From the human T2T-CHM13v2.0 reference genome, Homo sapiens, in assembly GCF_009914755.1 (NCBI RefSeq), contig NC_060935.1: DNA of 64,000 nt. One strand, given 5' to 3'. This document shows, piece after piece, positions 49,900 to 64,000 of the stretch (within the stretch, counting starts at the first letter, position 1; each line of letters starts with the position of its first letter). Under the pieces are notes generated by a model. It had not been told where the DNA came from. It was given only the letters and a program-made list of their open reading frames with translations, and did not search any database. The translations under genes and the position numbers were made by a program.

Positions 49900-52130
49900 A
49901 AAATAAAACACATGCTTCAGTCCAAGCTTTTTAGGCTTGTCATATTAATAATGATTACTTCGTCTTCCACCATCCATTTTATATTGCTTTTACTTTTTGC
50001 CAGTTCCTCAGCTGATTGGAGTATTTAACCCAGCTGCATATTTCAAACATTCATTACCATAGGATTCGAATTTGTAAATATTTTATTAGTTTGCCTCTAC
50101 TCATTGTCCTCTAGCAGGCATGGCAGTAATAGGAGGGTGCAGAATTAGTCTCCCGTGTCTTCATTTGTGTGCAGCAACCCAGCTTCCCTTTGTTAATAAG
50201 GATGAAGTGCTCAGTTCAGTACAATGAGCTGCATGTTTGGTCAGCGCAGGGAACTCTACCTGATCATGTGACAGTTCTCATTTAAATTTTAAAAGAACAA
50301 TGACTGTATTCATTAGTAGAAGCATTCCATCTTTGGGCCCTGAGTTTTCAAACAAACCAGAGAGAAACTTCCAAGAACATGAATAAAAAATACCTTAAGT
50401 GGGTTACTATATATATTAGGTGTAATGACAAGCACCACCCTGACCTCCACAGTTGGTTCAAAGACTTGTTCATTCTGACTACAGGAGAGATGGTCTTGAT
50501 TGAGGTGTAACTCTTGGCTTAAGACTATATTACATGCTGTAGCATAGCAAACCAGTGTTGTTTTGTATTCTCTCTTTTCTCCCAGATGACACTGTCATAG
50601 AACCCTCAGCAGCCTATTTCGTCATTTTATCATGTCAGGTGCTTCCAGATTATGATGAAAGCTGTGAGATCAGTGAAGTTTATAAATATGAGCCCATTGC
50701 ATTGCTGCAAGGTAGCTTTCTTCATTAGAGACAATATTGGATTCAATTTCACGACAATAAACAAAAGTTCTGTGAATCTATGTACACTAGTGATAGAAAT
50801 AAAATATATCTATTACTTTGAAAACAAATCGCTGTCTCTTTTGTGTTTGACTGGGACTAATGTAATAAATATGGCATCATTATATCTGACTGGTCCCCTG
50901 GTGATTGGTGCTTAATTGGGTTCCCTGTGATGGCCTTCACTGATATTAGGCTTAACATTTTGCTACAGTGGTTATCAAATCAACCTTAGTGAGGGCAAAT
51001 CCATGTTACCGAGCCCATGCATAATATTCAACTGTCGTTAGAGCCTGCTTGTATATGGAAACATTTAGCAAGCCCTGAGGACTTGAATGGACCTTCACCG
51101 ACATTTAAAATGGATCATCATGTTAATTTGATCATCAAGAGTCTTTTCGTTGAGGTCTGATTGGCATTTATATGGAACATAAACATCTTTATATGTTGCT
51201 CCCATTCTGAGTCTTCCATCCACTGAGTTCTACATCTTTTGTCATTGACATTTAAATCTTCTTCTTTCCAAGATCTTTTCAATTTCCTGACCAGCTGACC
51301 AAGCCATAAATGGAGTAGATCTATGCCTCAGGTCATCTCTTCTTTGCAATATTCCTACCCAGATATAACTCCTGAAGTAATGTCCACTTTGGATATTTTA
51401 TTCATGGCTCCCTTTTAAGATGCCCTTGTTTGACTGTAATGCAACAATATTCTGCCAGAAGTCAGCATATTGTGTAAACTCACCTACGTAAGTCATTTTG
51501 GCCTTTAAAAAATCTGTTAACTTTTTTAGGTTACTCCTTATGAAACCTTAGGCATGGATGAGAGAGAAAGGAGATGAAACAAAAGGAGCAGTTAATATGG
51601 GAATTTGAGTCATATGCTCAAACAAATTATTTGTGTCTTCTGAACCTACTTGGGCCCAGATTTATATAAATGATTTCCATTTTAAAAATGGAGTGCAGTT
51701 CTACATATACATATTTACAATTTGTTGACTAAAATAATACCTACTTTACAAAGAACTTTTGTGTTCTCATAGTCTCTTGGAGTTCCATAGTTGAATTTGA
51801 TTTTTATCAAGGCCTGTTAGCAAGCTTTTGGGAAGCTTTGCCAAAGGGATAATATTTGTCAAAAGAAGAGTGCATGGAGTCATTAAAAATACTAGGGGTT
51901 TGCACTGTGACCCTCCTACTGGGGCTTGCCAAAAGCCTATATTACCACCCCTTTCTGCCATAAAAATGTCTGAGTACAATTGAATCTGCATAGTCAAAAG
52001 ACCTTTCTTTCAGGATAGTTTGTAATACAACCAGGACCTTTCATACAATCTTCTATTCTTCTGCATTCACTCAAAACTGGCCACTTTATAGGTAACTCAC
52101 TAATCAATGGCACATATCCAAGTATGTTGT
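49900..52130 (-). mobile_element. Degenerate ERVL internal (pol/integrase) sequence
   Basis: Reverse translation of about 50935-51022 gives YAWAR*HGFALTKVDLITTVAKC*A*YQ*RP, versus ERVL integrase YAWAQQHGLPLTKADLA...C..CQQQRP as I recall it. Boundaries are approximate. Confidence 0.6.
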
Positions 52131-52136
52131 ATGTTG

Positions 52137-55100
52137 CTGCCAAAATGGAGTGGAGGCAGCTCTGGATATTGGGGAGGTCAGGCTCTCTTGCATTCTCCCA
52201 GGAAAGTGGTCAAATCCAGGGGCCTAAGGAGTGACTGACTGCAGGTTTCACCTCTACTGCGCCTGGAAGGAGAAGGCCCACTGACATGGGAATCTAATCC
52301 ACCAGATTTCTCAGATTAGTAGCAGTTCCATCCTTCTCTGCGACGGAGCTTCCTCCCTCTGAGAGGGGCAACCCTCCATTTCTGGTCTCTCTCCTTCCTC
52401 TTGCTATTGGCCTGCAGGCTCTGGGGGGTGCACAGTGACTATGGACAGATGTCGATTCCCCAGCACAACATAGTGGCCCTATAAAAACGCAGCCAGACTG
52501 TTTTTTTACACTGGTCTCCAGTCCTCCTTCTCCTCAGTGGGTAGGACCTCCTGACTTGGGACTCCAGCCAACACCCTGACCCTCCTTGGCTCTCAGGCTA
52601 GAAAGAGCTCTGCACTTCCCTGAGAAAAAGCTCCCACAGGGAGAAGCAAGCCACCATTTTTGCTTTCTTGCAGCCCTTGGTACTGTTGCCTTCAGGCTCT
52701 GGTGGGTGTGTGGTGACTAGGAATTTGGGTGGATCCTCAGCACAATGCAGCAGCCTCACGGAAAAAGTGACCAGACCATTTTCCACCTGGGTCAGTGATC
52801 CTGCTTCCCCTTACTGGTCAGGGCCTCCCAACCTGTGACTCCAGCACAATGACCCTGTCTCAGCCTGAACAGTTGGAAGCAGCTGTGCAGCTCACTGGGG
52901 AGGAAATCTCAGTGACAACCCACAAGCTCTCTGCCATTGCAGCTGCAGTGGTACTGGCCTAACTACCCTTGGGCTGAGGAAGGAAAAAAGGTCTTAGTCA
53001 CTGCACTGGCACCTCCAACACACTGCAATCACCATATGGAGAGGGTTCCAGATCCTCTTCCCTGTGATCCTCCATGCCCCACTGTTCACCAGGCAGGGCC
53101 TCTGGCTGCAGATAGAAGATCAGTAACCCCTGCCATGGCTGAGCACACGCAGAGGTAGTGGCTCTGAGATCCCCTGAAGAGGGGCTTCCAGAGGAAAATA
53201 ATTACCACTCTTCCACTGCCACAGCAGCTGTTGTGCCCTTGCTGTGCTCAGTCTGAGGAAGAAACAAAGAGCCTGAGGACTTCACCTGTGTTCCCCATAC
53301 ACCACGGTCACCATACAGAGAGGAGCTCAGTCTCACCTTTCTGGGAGTCCTTGACCCTTGCTCCTTAACAAGGGGAGCCCCAAGTTCAGGCCAGCAGTGC
53401 AGCATCCCACACTCTGGTTGAACATTTCCAGTAGAAGCAGCTCTGCATTTCTCTGAAGTGTAGCTCCCAGAGGCAACTGAAAGCCTCTCTCCCACTGCCA
53501 CTGCAGCAATACTTCCCTTGCTGCCCTCAGACTGAGGAAGGAGCAAAGAAACTGAGTGTTTTAACTACACCTCCTGAAAGTTGCAAGTGCCTTAAGGAGA
53601 AGGGGCCAGTCTGTGCCTCATTTATTACCAGGCAGGCTCCGTGGCTTGGGCCCACAGCACAGCCACTTCATCCTGGGTTGATTACACTGATTGATAGTGG
53701 CTCCACATCTCTTTGGGTGGAGCCTCGAGAAACAAGTGAAAGATCCCCTGTGACAACCACTGCTAAGGTCCCTTCCTTGTTTTCCCCAAGCTGGGGAGGA
53801 CACATAAAGCCCAAGATTGCCCCAGAGCTGCAGTGTGCAGCCTGGGAGTGCCAAGCCAAGATCTTCAGCCAGCACTCAGTGGGAGAGGAACCCACACTTT
53901 CAGAGCACTGAGAGGAAGCATGGCTGCAACTGTGAGTAAATACAGAGGAGCCATGTGGCTGAGCAAGAGCTGACCTACTGGCCAGTTTGCTTAAACGCCA
54001 CCTACTGGATCACAGACCAAAATTCAGCACCAAAAATACTTTGTTAGTATGCCCCCTTGTGAAACCAAGGACAATAATTCAGCTACAAATAAAGACCTTG
54101 CACAAAGCCTTGGCCCTCTGAAAACATCCTGAAAAGAAGTCTACTGACTGTACTCAAGTTATGCCACAGTTACAGGAACAGCAGCTAACATAGATGAGTA
54201 AGAACCAGTACAGTAACTCTGGTAACTCAAAAAGCCAGAATGGCTTTTTTCCTCCAAATGACTGCACTAGTTCCCAAATAACCATTCTTAATTGGGCTGA
54301 AATGACAGAAATAGAATTCACAATACAGATAGGAATGAAGATCATTGAAATACAGCAGAAAGTTAATATCTATTCCAGGGAATCTAAGGATTATAGTAAA
54401 ATGATACAAGAGCTGCTAGATGAAATAACTATTATGAAAAAAACTGATTTGGTAGAACTGAAAAACACACTACAAGAATTGCATATGCAATCACAATTAT
54501 TAACAGCAGAACAAGCAAACCTGAGGAAAGAATCTCAGACTCAAAAGCTGGCTCTTTGAAATAACTCACTCAGACAAAAATGAAGAAAAAAAGAATTTAA
54601 AAAATAAATAAAACTTCTCAGAAATTGGGATTATGTAAAGAGACCAAGTCTGTGACTCATTGGTGTCCCTGAAAGAGATAGGGAGAAAGCAAGAAACTTG
54701 GAAAACATATTTCAGGATGTACTTCATGGAAACTTTGCCAACATTGCTTGAGAGGGAAACATTCAAACTCAGGAAATGTAGAGAACCCCTGTGAGATAAT
54801 ACACATGAAGAACATTCCCAAGACACGTAATAATCAGATTCTCCAAAATTGAAATGAAAAAAACATTTTTAAAGGTAGCTATACAGAAAGGGCAGGTCAC
54901 TTCCAAAGGGAACTCCGTCACGCTGATAGTGAACCTTCCAGCAGGAAACCCTACAAGCCAGAATAGAGGTCTCTATTCAGCATTTTTAAGAAAAGAATTT
55001 CCAATCAAGAATTTCAAATCTGGCCAAATTAAGCTTCATAACTGAAAAAGAAAAAAAAAATCTTCTCAGACAAGCATATGCTGAGGAAATTTGTTACCAC

Positions 55101-57540
55101 CAGACATGCCTTACAAGAGATCCTAAAATGAGAACTAAATATGGAGAGACTATTACAGCCACTACAAAAACACACTTGACTACACAGACCAGTGACACTA
55201 TAAAGCAACCACACAAACAGGGCTGCTTAATAACCAACTAACAACACAATGACCAGATCAAATCCACACGTATCAATACTAACTTGGAATGTAAATGGGC
55301 TAAATGCCCCAATTAAAAGCCACAGAGTGGAAAGCTTGATAAAGAACTAAGATCCAATAATGGTATGCTGTATTCAAGAGATCCATCTCACATGCGATGA
55401 CACCCAGAGACTCAAAGTAAAGAGATGGAGAAAAATCTACCAAGCGAACAGAGAACAGAAAAAGCAAGGGTTCTCATCCTAATTTCAGAAAAGAAACAGA
55501 CTTTAAACCAACAAAGATAAAAAAGACTAAGAAGGGCATTACATAATGGTAAAGGGTTCAATTCAACAAGAACTAACTATTTTAAATATATGTGCATGGA
55601 ACAATGATGCACCCAGATAAATAAAGCAAGTTTCTAGAGACCTACAAAAAGTCTTAGGTTCCCACACAACGATAGTGGAAAACTTCAACATCCCTCCGAC
55701 AGTATAAGATTATTAAAACAGAACACTAACAAAGATATTCAGGACCTGAACTCAACACTAGACCAAATGGATCTAATAGAATTCCCCAACACAAAACAAC
55801 AGGATATACAATCTTCTCATCGTCACATGGCACAAAATCCAAAATCAACCCAACTGAACATACAACAATACTCAGCAAATTCAGTAAAACTGGAATCATA
55901 CCAACCACGCTTTCAGATTTTCTCAAAAATAAGAAAATTTCACAAACCTTACAATACATGGAAATTAAACAATCCGCTCCTGAATGACTTTTGAGTAAAT
56001 AAAGAAATTGAGGCAAAAATCAAGAAGATCTTTGAAATTAATTAGAAAAAATACAACTTAAAAATCTCTGGTACACACTTAAGGCAGTGGTGAAAAGGGA
56101 AGTTCATTGCATTAAATGCCCACATCAAAAAGTTAGAAATATTTCAAATTAACAACCTCACAGCTAGTGGCACTAGAGAAGAAAGAGCAAACCAACCCCA
56201 ATGCTAGTAAAAGTCAAGAAATAACCAAAATCAGAGCTGAACTGGTAAAAATTAATACACAAAAAATTTTACAAAAGATTAACAAATTCAGGAGTTTGTT
56301 TTTTGAAAGAATAAGTAAGATAGACAAATAGCTAGACTAATGAAGAGAAAAGATAGAAGATCCAAATAAACACAGTTAGAAATGACAAAGAGGATGATAC
56401 CACTGAACCCACAGAAATACAAAAAACCCTCAGAGACTACTATAAACATCTCTATGCAGAGAAACTAGAAAATCTAGAAGAAATGAATAAATTTCTGAAT
56501 ACATAAAACCTCCCAAGACTAAACCAGGAAGAAACTAAATTCCTGAACAGATCAATAATGACTTCCAAAATTGAATAAGTAATAAAAAGCCTACTAACAA
56601 AAATCAGCTCAGGACCAGATGGATTTACAGCTGAATTCTACTAGATGTATAAAGAAAAGGTGATACAATTCCTATGGAAAGTATTCCAAAAAACTGAGTA
56701 GGAAGGACTCCTTCCTAAGTCATTCTGTTAGGCCAGCATTATCCTGACACCCAAACATGGCAGATACACAACATAAAAAGAACACTTCAGGACAATATCT
56801 TTGATGAAGATAGATGCAACAATTCTTAACAAAATATTAGCAAACTGAAACTTACAGCACAACAAAAATCTAATCATCCACGATCAAGTATGCTTTATTC
56901 CTGGAATGCAAAGTTGATTCAACATATGCAAATCAGAACATGTAATTGATCACATAAATAGAACTAAAAGCAAAAATAACATAATAATTTAAATAGATGC
57001 AGAAAAGGCTATTGATAAAATTCAACAATGCTTTATGTTAAAAAACCTCAATAAACTAGGCATTGAAGGAATGTATTAATACTTCAAAATAATGTCTTCT
57101 GTGACAAACCCACAACCAACATCATACTGAATGAGCAACAGCTAGACTCATTCCCTTTAAAAACTGGCACAAGATAAAGATGCCCTCCCCCACAACTCCT
57201 CTTCAACATAGTACTGGAAATCCTGGCCACAGCAATCAGGTAAGAGAAATAAGTGAAAGAAAATAGGAAGAGAGGAACTTAAACTATTCCTGTTTGCAGA
57301 CAACATAATTCTGTATTTAGAAAGCCCCATAGTCTTGTCCAAAAACACCTTGATCTGATAAACAACTTCAGCAAAGTCTCAGGATACAAAATCAATGTAC
57401 AAAAGTCACTAGCATTCCTGTGCACCAGCAACAATCAAGCTAAGAACCAAATCAGGAATGCAATCTCATTCATAATTTCCACAAACAGAATGAAATACCT
57501 AGGAATACAACTAACCAGAGTGGTGGAAGGTCTCTACAAT
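52137..57540 (+). mobile_element. Older primate L1 (L1PA13-16/L1PB-like): long 5'UTR, ORF1, ORF2 to mid-RT; 3' end missing
   Basis: ORF1 start MSKNQYSNSGNSKSQ at 54194; ORF2 start atgaccagatcaaatccacac at 55249; tttgcagacaac (FADD-like) near 57293; ends abruptly at 57540. Confidence 0.88.
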
Positions 57541-57550
57541 AATGTTTTCT

Positions 57551-57677
57551 TTTTACTTTTTTCTCCTTTGGAGTCAGGGTATCACTATTTTGCCATGGCT
57601 GAGCTTGAACTCACAATCTTCCTGCCCTAACCTCCAGAGTACTTGGGACTACAGGTGTGTGACTGCACTCTGGGCCC
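57551..57677 (-). mobile_element. Old Alu monomer (FLAM/FAM-like)
   Basis: T-rich tail, ggagtcagggtatcactattttgcc...gggactacaggtgtg; TSD aatgttttct at 57541 and 57678. Confidence 0.7.
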
Positions 57678-60600
57678 AATGTTTTCTATAGAATTTTTTG
57701 GGGGAGTTCAGCATCAAATCTGGGGTCATACATTAAATTTAGTTGATATTTCACTTTATTTTATCCTGAACAGCTTTCTAGTACTTCTTTAACTTTTTAT
57801 TGCATTAACATTTTGAGGAACATCTCCCATTTGCTTTGCAGAATACCTTTCAATCTGAAACTGATAATTTCCTTATTTTGAGACCAAACTTATCCATACC
57901 TGTCAGGCATGTTACATCCCAGGTTATCTTTGCCTTTGCCTGCATCAAATTACAAATTGAATTAAGGGTAAAAAGGTTCAACCTGTTTACCTTGATTAGG
58001 ACATCTTTGAGGCCACCCCTACCTCGAAATTTCCTGTAATACTGGCCTTTGATGCAATTATGTTCATGTAAATGTCTCTCCCTGTCCATTGCTTTGTTAC
58101 AGGTGTTATTCCCTAGAGCACTCACCAACAAATCCTGCAAAAAAATCTAGCAGAAACTATTTTTTTCGAAACCCAACATACACATTTTTGTAAATGTTCT
58201 TGGCTCTTGCTTCTCTCAGAGGGGGTCATGAATTGAATTGTTGTGGTTCTCTTTTTGCGGTTTCTTCTTATCAGGACTTTGTATGGAGTTACACTGATTT
58301 TTGTCTTCTGTTCATTTTGAAGTCCTGAAGTGAGTCTTCTGTATAGATAGAGTAAGAGTTAAGGTTTTGGTGTGTTTTCTAAGATTTCTAGTTTATAGGT
58401 GTCTTTTTAAATATAATTTTCTCAGCATAGTACAAAATTTAAGTGAGGAAGGAAGAATTAGAATACCTTTAGATTTTGTCATACTTCTTTGTTTCCTCAG
58501 GACTTTAATTTCCTCTTTTTACTTCCTTACTTTTCTTTACCATGAAGTCTCCCAAGAGTACCTTTCCTTGCTACTTATCCTCATCTCCTCCAGAAGTGAT
58601 ACATTTTGGAGAATAGGAGAATACCATCATAGGTCCTGCATATTTTCATTCTTTCCCTCTGCTCAACATCCTGCTCTATCAGACATCAAACCACTTTCGT
58701 TAATGATTTTGAAATTAGTGTGACTTACACTTTTGTGGGTGATTCTGGCTGTGCTCCATCTCCCTTAGGCTTCATACTTCCCTCTACTGTTCTCTATAGT
58801 CTTTTCAGGGTTCCCTCACCTTTCTCTCTGGATCAGCAGAGGATCTCTCTGCTGGGATTTGATGTTTATTTCTCTATTTAGAGGTAATTTGAGTTTCATA
58901 GTATTCTCAGTGTCACTTATGCTGAATGTCCTAGTTATGTGTGATATTATATACTTGCTGTGCTGTATGTATTGAGTTATTTTTGGAGGATATGTAGAGA
59001 GATTCTGACTTCAGGAGCTGCCATTATTATATAAAAGACATCTGAATATCAAGTGTCAAATATTTCCGTATTTTAATTTTTTCTTATCTTACTTCATAAT
59101 AATCATTTTAAAATTATAGGTCCTAATTACTAGTTTCTGTATTTCTTTTTAAGAAATATTTTCCCCTCTCTGGATGAAATTTCTGAGGTGGGTTTGATAT
59201 GTGGATGTTATCTCATCTGAGTTGAATTGAAACTTTTAGTAAGTTGACTAACAATGATCTTTTGCTATTCTCATTAGGTATGTTTGCCATACACAAAGCC
59301 TTAAGCTTTCCATTTTACTCTGGTGCCTTCTTAGAGTTGAGAATTTCAACTGTATACTTTTTAATCAGAAGCAAAGCAATCTTGTTCATGCAAATTTGTG
59401 TCTTTGTTTTTAATAAGGCACTTGCTCTTTGATGTTACAGTGCAATTTTTTTGCACCTAATTATTCCAAAGTAATTGTCAAGGAGAAACTTCTAAAAATA
59501 TAGAATACCCTGGAAAGATCATGTGGAAGGGCTCTTTTCTCTGGGGCATGATTCCTCGGTGAATTACTATGGAATGAGCAGCCGTGGGGACGAACAGTTT
59601 GAACAACTCAGTGAAATATTTTGTTGTTTATTGTTAAGTCACATCTTGTCTTAACTGAGAGAAGATTTCTCCTCAGGTATTAATGTTAGTGTCAAAAATA
59701 AAATAAAAGCTATTATCTTACTAGACATGAACCATACTAAAGCAGTCATATGAACATATGAGTGCTTTTAAAATATTCAAAACAAAGCCAAGTTTCTAGA
59801 TTATCTTTGTGCACTATTGACCAAGAATGTTTTAAAAGGTTCGTTCAACCAATGAGGTCAGTAAACTTAATAGGGAGGTTTTAAATTTCTTTAATTTTAA
59901 TATATACATTCTCAATTACATCTTTCCAATTTGATGATTCATCAGTCATATCAACTGTTTATTCCCAAAACCAACTCTGGATAATCCCATAATCCAAACA
60001 AAAATATTTACGAAAGTTGGAGAAGATGATCATTCTTTGTTCAGGCAAAAGGAGATACATCCCTGTGTGACAAAGCATTTGCAACTTTAGTGACCGTGTG
60101 CCCTCTTCTTTTCTTTGCAGTCATGCCTGGATTCACAGGGTTTTAATCCTGACTAATTTTCAACAAACTAGGCAGTCATCTTCTAGGACCAAAGAAAAAA
60201 CTGCATAAGCCTGGATTTGGAACAAGTGACCAAGGAGGAGATAGAAAACCAAGGTAACAAATTTACAAAAAGTTTTTCACTGCTATTATGATAGGGATAA
60301 AATAGATTTTATTTGAATGAGTTATGCGTCTTTCTTAAGAAGTAGGTTTTATCACTTAATCTCCAGCATTTTATGCCAGAACCTCCAAGAATAAGACATC
60401 TTACACATTTTCTTCATTTTATAAAATATTATTAGAATAAGTACAATGGCAATAATGTTCTCTAAATTTTTAATTAGAATTGTTAAATTACATATTGAAA
60501 TACAGAAATTGCATAGTACAACGTAACAATATAACATGATTATATTTATTATTTATAATGGCTTCATTTAGATTGCTTTATGTAATTTAGAGAATACAAC

Positions 60601-60724
60601 AATTATTTACCTTATATCTTAATACATTGATAATAATAGTAGGGATTACTATAGTTCTTTATTTTTTTTTACCTTGTATATAGTATTTTAAAATGTTCTG
60701 GTTCTGTGCTGATCTTTTATCTGT

Positions 60725-61200
60725 GTTTTTTTTATTGTGATGAAATATACATAACACACTGTTGTGCAATTATCATCACTGCCCATCTCCAAAACCTTTT
60801 CATCATCCTAAACTGAAACTCCATACCCATCAAACAATAATTTTTTCTTACCCTCTCCCCTTAGCCCCTGGTATCCACCAGTGTACTTTCTGTGTCTGTG
60901 AATATGACTATTCTAGGTGTCTTATAAAAGTGAGATCATAACATATTTGTCATTTTGTGTCCGGCTCAGCATGTCTTCAAGGTTCACCAATGTTGTAGCA
61001 TTATCACAATTTCATTGCTTTTTAAGGTTGAATAATATCCCCTTGTATGTATATACTACAATTTGTTTATTCATTCATTAATTGATGGGCATTCAAGTTG
61101 TTTCCATTTTTTGGCTACTGTGAATAATTCTGCTATTGAACATCAGTGTCCAAATATTTGTTTCAGTCTTTGATTTCTATTCTTTTGTGCATATACCCCA
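60725..61200 (-). mobile_element. L1MB-like 3' fragment
   Basis: catcatcctaaactgaaactccatacccat...gtgtctgtgaatatgactattctagg...ttggctactgtgaataat. Confidence 0.7.
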
Positions 61201-61567
61201 AATAACATTCACATCACCATGTGAAAATTCACCATCTGTCTTTCTCCATAGCTCTTTGACATGTATCATTAAAACTAATTTAATCTGAGGTACCTTTTTA
61301 TAGATTAGGGGATCAATTGGGTACATAACATGATGTGTCCAGTTTTACTCACTACAATTTTAAAACCCTAAAAATAGGGACATATTCACATAATTAACTC
61401 ACAGGCAGAAATTGATGTTGGCATTTTCCCTAAGCTTCTGTAGATCTTGTACCTAATGAAATTTATAACCTCTTTTTCCATGGACACTAAATTACCGTTT
61501 CTAATAAGGTGTATGTGTAGGTGCATAAATTTACTTAGGAAGTAGACTTTTCAGAATACAAGTTTTT

Positions 61568-61737
61568 ATATTTTGTAAAAATTGTTACTCTGGGATACCT
61601 ATCATGGATTCACTTTTTTGAGTATTTCTTAATTATTTACTTGTTCTCATTGATATTTTGTAAAAATTGTTACTCTGGGATACCTATCACAGATTCACTT
61701 TTTTGAGTATTTCTTAATGATTTACTTGTTCTCATTG
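61568..61737. repeat. 85-bp direct tandem duplication (2 copies)
   Basis: 61568-61652 and 61653-61737 differ at only 3 positions. Confidence 0.95.
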
Positions 61738-63129
61738 AATATGTTAAGAAATTTGAAGAATATTACAAATGTTTCAATCAGATATATACTTTTTCATAAA
61801 ATACATTGATAAAATACAGAATTTTGAATCATTCAAAGTGATAATTTTCGGTAGTTTAGAATAATAGTAATGCTCTTAAGAACATTTTAATAAGTGAAAT
61901 ATCTATTGAGTACTTAAAATGATATAAACAAATAAGTGTTATAAGTACAAAATGTCAACAGGAGAGACTGTCCTACTGGAAGTTTTCTCTTGAATGCTCA
62001 GATAGCTCCTATAAATTATGAGTACTCATTTCCATTATAAATGCAGAATAGTTTCATAATTGCCAGTAAAGGTATTTAATTATGTATATATGCAACAAAA
62101 TATCAGAATCCCCAAAGACAGAACTTCCAAGGAAGCTAATCTTACCTACTGACCTACCCTAAAGTTTAAAATCTGATTTTCTTATTTTTCTTTGGCCCAA
62201 ATGTATAAAGATTCCTAGAAGCAAGTGCTGATACTGATGCTGAGTTACCTTTCTGGCCACCTCCTGATTGACAGCTCTGGGAATCTGATATTCTTCTGCT
62301 CTCAACTAATTCAGTTCCCTCACCCAAAATGCTTACCAATATTTCATTCAGCTTGTGGCCTTTACTTATTTCCATATGCCTTTACTAAGTTATCTCTTAT
62401 TTTATTTATGTCTACACTTTTACTCTCCCTCTGATCCTTAAAGATGTCTTGGCTTGCTTTGATGCATAGATAGAATAATCTCCTGACTATCACAAATGAT
62501 CATCACTAACACAGAGCATATTTAAAATAATCCTGCTAATACAAACTTGTGTATATGACACATAAAATTGGGCCTGGATCACATCTGAAAGGCCCAACAG
62601 ATTATTTGATTTATTTTACTCAAGTGAGAATGAATATTTTGTATTTGACATAAATTCCAATAACCAAGAACTAATAATATGAAAAAACCCTTATGTATTA
62701 ATTACTTTAATAATTAAATAACCTTTAGCACATACTAAACCTGGTTTATATAAAAATGGTCTACCAGCAAAAATGTCATCATGTTGTCTAGGATACAGGT
62801 GTCAATGATAAGAATCCAGAAACTCATTTATCTGGAAGGATCATTACATTTCCAGTAAGGAATTATAAGGTGGGATGTGATTTTCCTGAGATGACTAAGC
62901 TCAAAATCAACTAATATTTTCAGATTTTTAGTATAGAATTATTTCTACTACACCATGATTTTGCCTGGAGTCTTTATTTTTGACATTCCAAATTAATCTG
63001 TAATTAGCCATGATCAGTCTTAAACAAATGCGAAAAGTGGGGAAAATGTCTCTGCATTGCCCCCCGACTTTGATTTGTATTACCTGTTTTTTTCCTCTAA
63101 TGACCTACGTTGTAATAGATGAAAATTCA

Positions 63130-63130
63130 G

Positions 63131-63165
<35 letters not shown>
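63130..63165. repeat. (TG)n microsatellite
   Basis: Interrupted TG dinucleotide run. Confidence 0.9.
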
Positions 63166-63687
63166 AGTTTCTTTTCAAATAAAACTTTGCTTTCATTGGA
63201 CTTTCATGGCTGGCAAGATTTTAATACATTTATTTCCACATACTTGCTCTCTGAGCTTTGAAATTTGGTTTAATAAAATTTAATAAACATTTAGTGAGCA
63301 CTCACAATGTGTCTGGTTCTTTGAGCGAGTTATTCCTGGATTCTAGGAGCTCACAGTACAGTGTTTCAGAATGGCAAATATCTAAACATTAGCCTGTAAT
63401 CTTATGCTCCATATACTGGGTACTACTTTACATAAATATATAAGTAAAGTCAACACATATGAGGCTGTTTTCTTGATAGATCATGGAAGGACAAAATCTG
63501 TTCAAAAAAAGATAAATACTATATAAATATCAAAAATACAGTCTTTTTAAGGGATGTTCTCAAGAAAGCAGCTCTATTTTGATCTGTAATAGATTATCTC
63601 ACATATATATTCACTCACATATACCTTCCAGTTAAAATCATGAAGCCTCATCATTGCAGTTAAAGCAATACATTTGTATTTTTTAAA

Positions 63688-64000
63688 ATTCTTTTTTTAA
63701 AATTATACTTTAAGTTCTGGAGTATATGTGCAGAATGTGCAGCTTTGTTACATAGGTACACATGTGCCATGCTGATTTGCTGCACCAATCAACCCATCAC
63801 CTGCATAGCGTATTTCTCCTAATGCTATCACTCCCCTAGCTCCCCACTCCCCAACAGGCCCCGGTGTGTGATGTTCCCCTCCCTGTGTCCATGTGTTCTC
63901 CTTGTTCAACTCCCACTTATGAATGAGAACATGCAGTGTTTTGTTTTCTGTTCTTGTGATAGTTTGCTGAGAATGATGGTTTCCCGCTTCATCCATGTCC
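63688..64000 (-). mobile_element. L1PA 3' end (continues past the window)
   Basis: ttttttaaaattatactttaagttctgg...gtgtgatgttcccctccctgtgtccatgtgttctc. Confidence 0.92.

Noticed and set aside
58834-58854. Small hairpin cagcagag-gatct-ctctgctg
   Set aside because: An 8-bp stem is expected by chance in 64 kb.

Overview
AT-rich primate, almost certainly human, genomic DNA from an OR4A olfactory-receptor cluster; I recognise it as 11q11-q12. It holds one intact receptor ORF (39439-40425, OR4A16) and two OR4A pseudogenes (14796 and 21993), all on the + strand, in diverged tandem duplication units. Two minus-strand exons of a TRIM48/49/51-type pseudogene lie at the left edge. Most of the rest is transposon-derived (L1 of several ages, Alu, THE1/MaLR, ERVL relics). 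The unexplained structures that stand out are: (1) a near-perfect 245-bp palindrome (118-bp arms, 9-nt loop) inside an ancient ERVL relic 2.2 kb upstream of OR4A16; (2) two abutting L1s that look like different subfamilies yet share at least 12 apparently non-consensus substitutions; (3) a twin-primed L1 whose empty site survives in the neighbouring duplicate; (4) eroded motifs, a read-through tail and a replaced upstream region in OR4A16. Gene names and repeat subfamily calls come from memory, not from database searches. I see no convincing novel protein-coding system.
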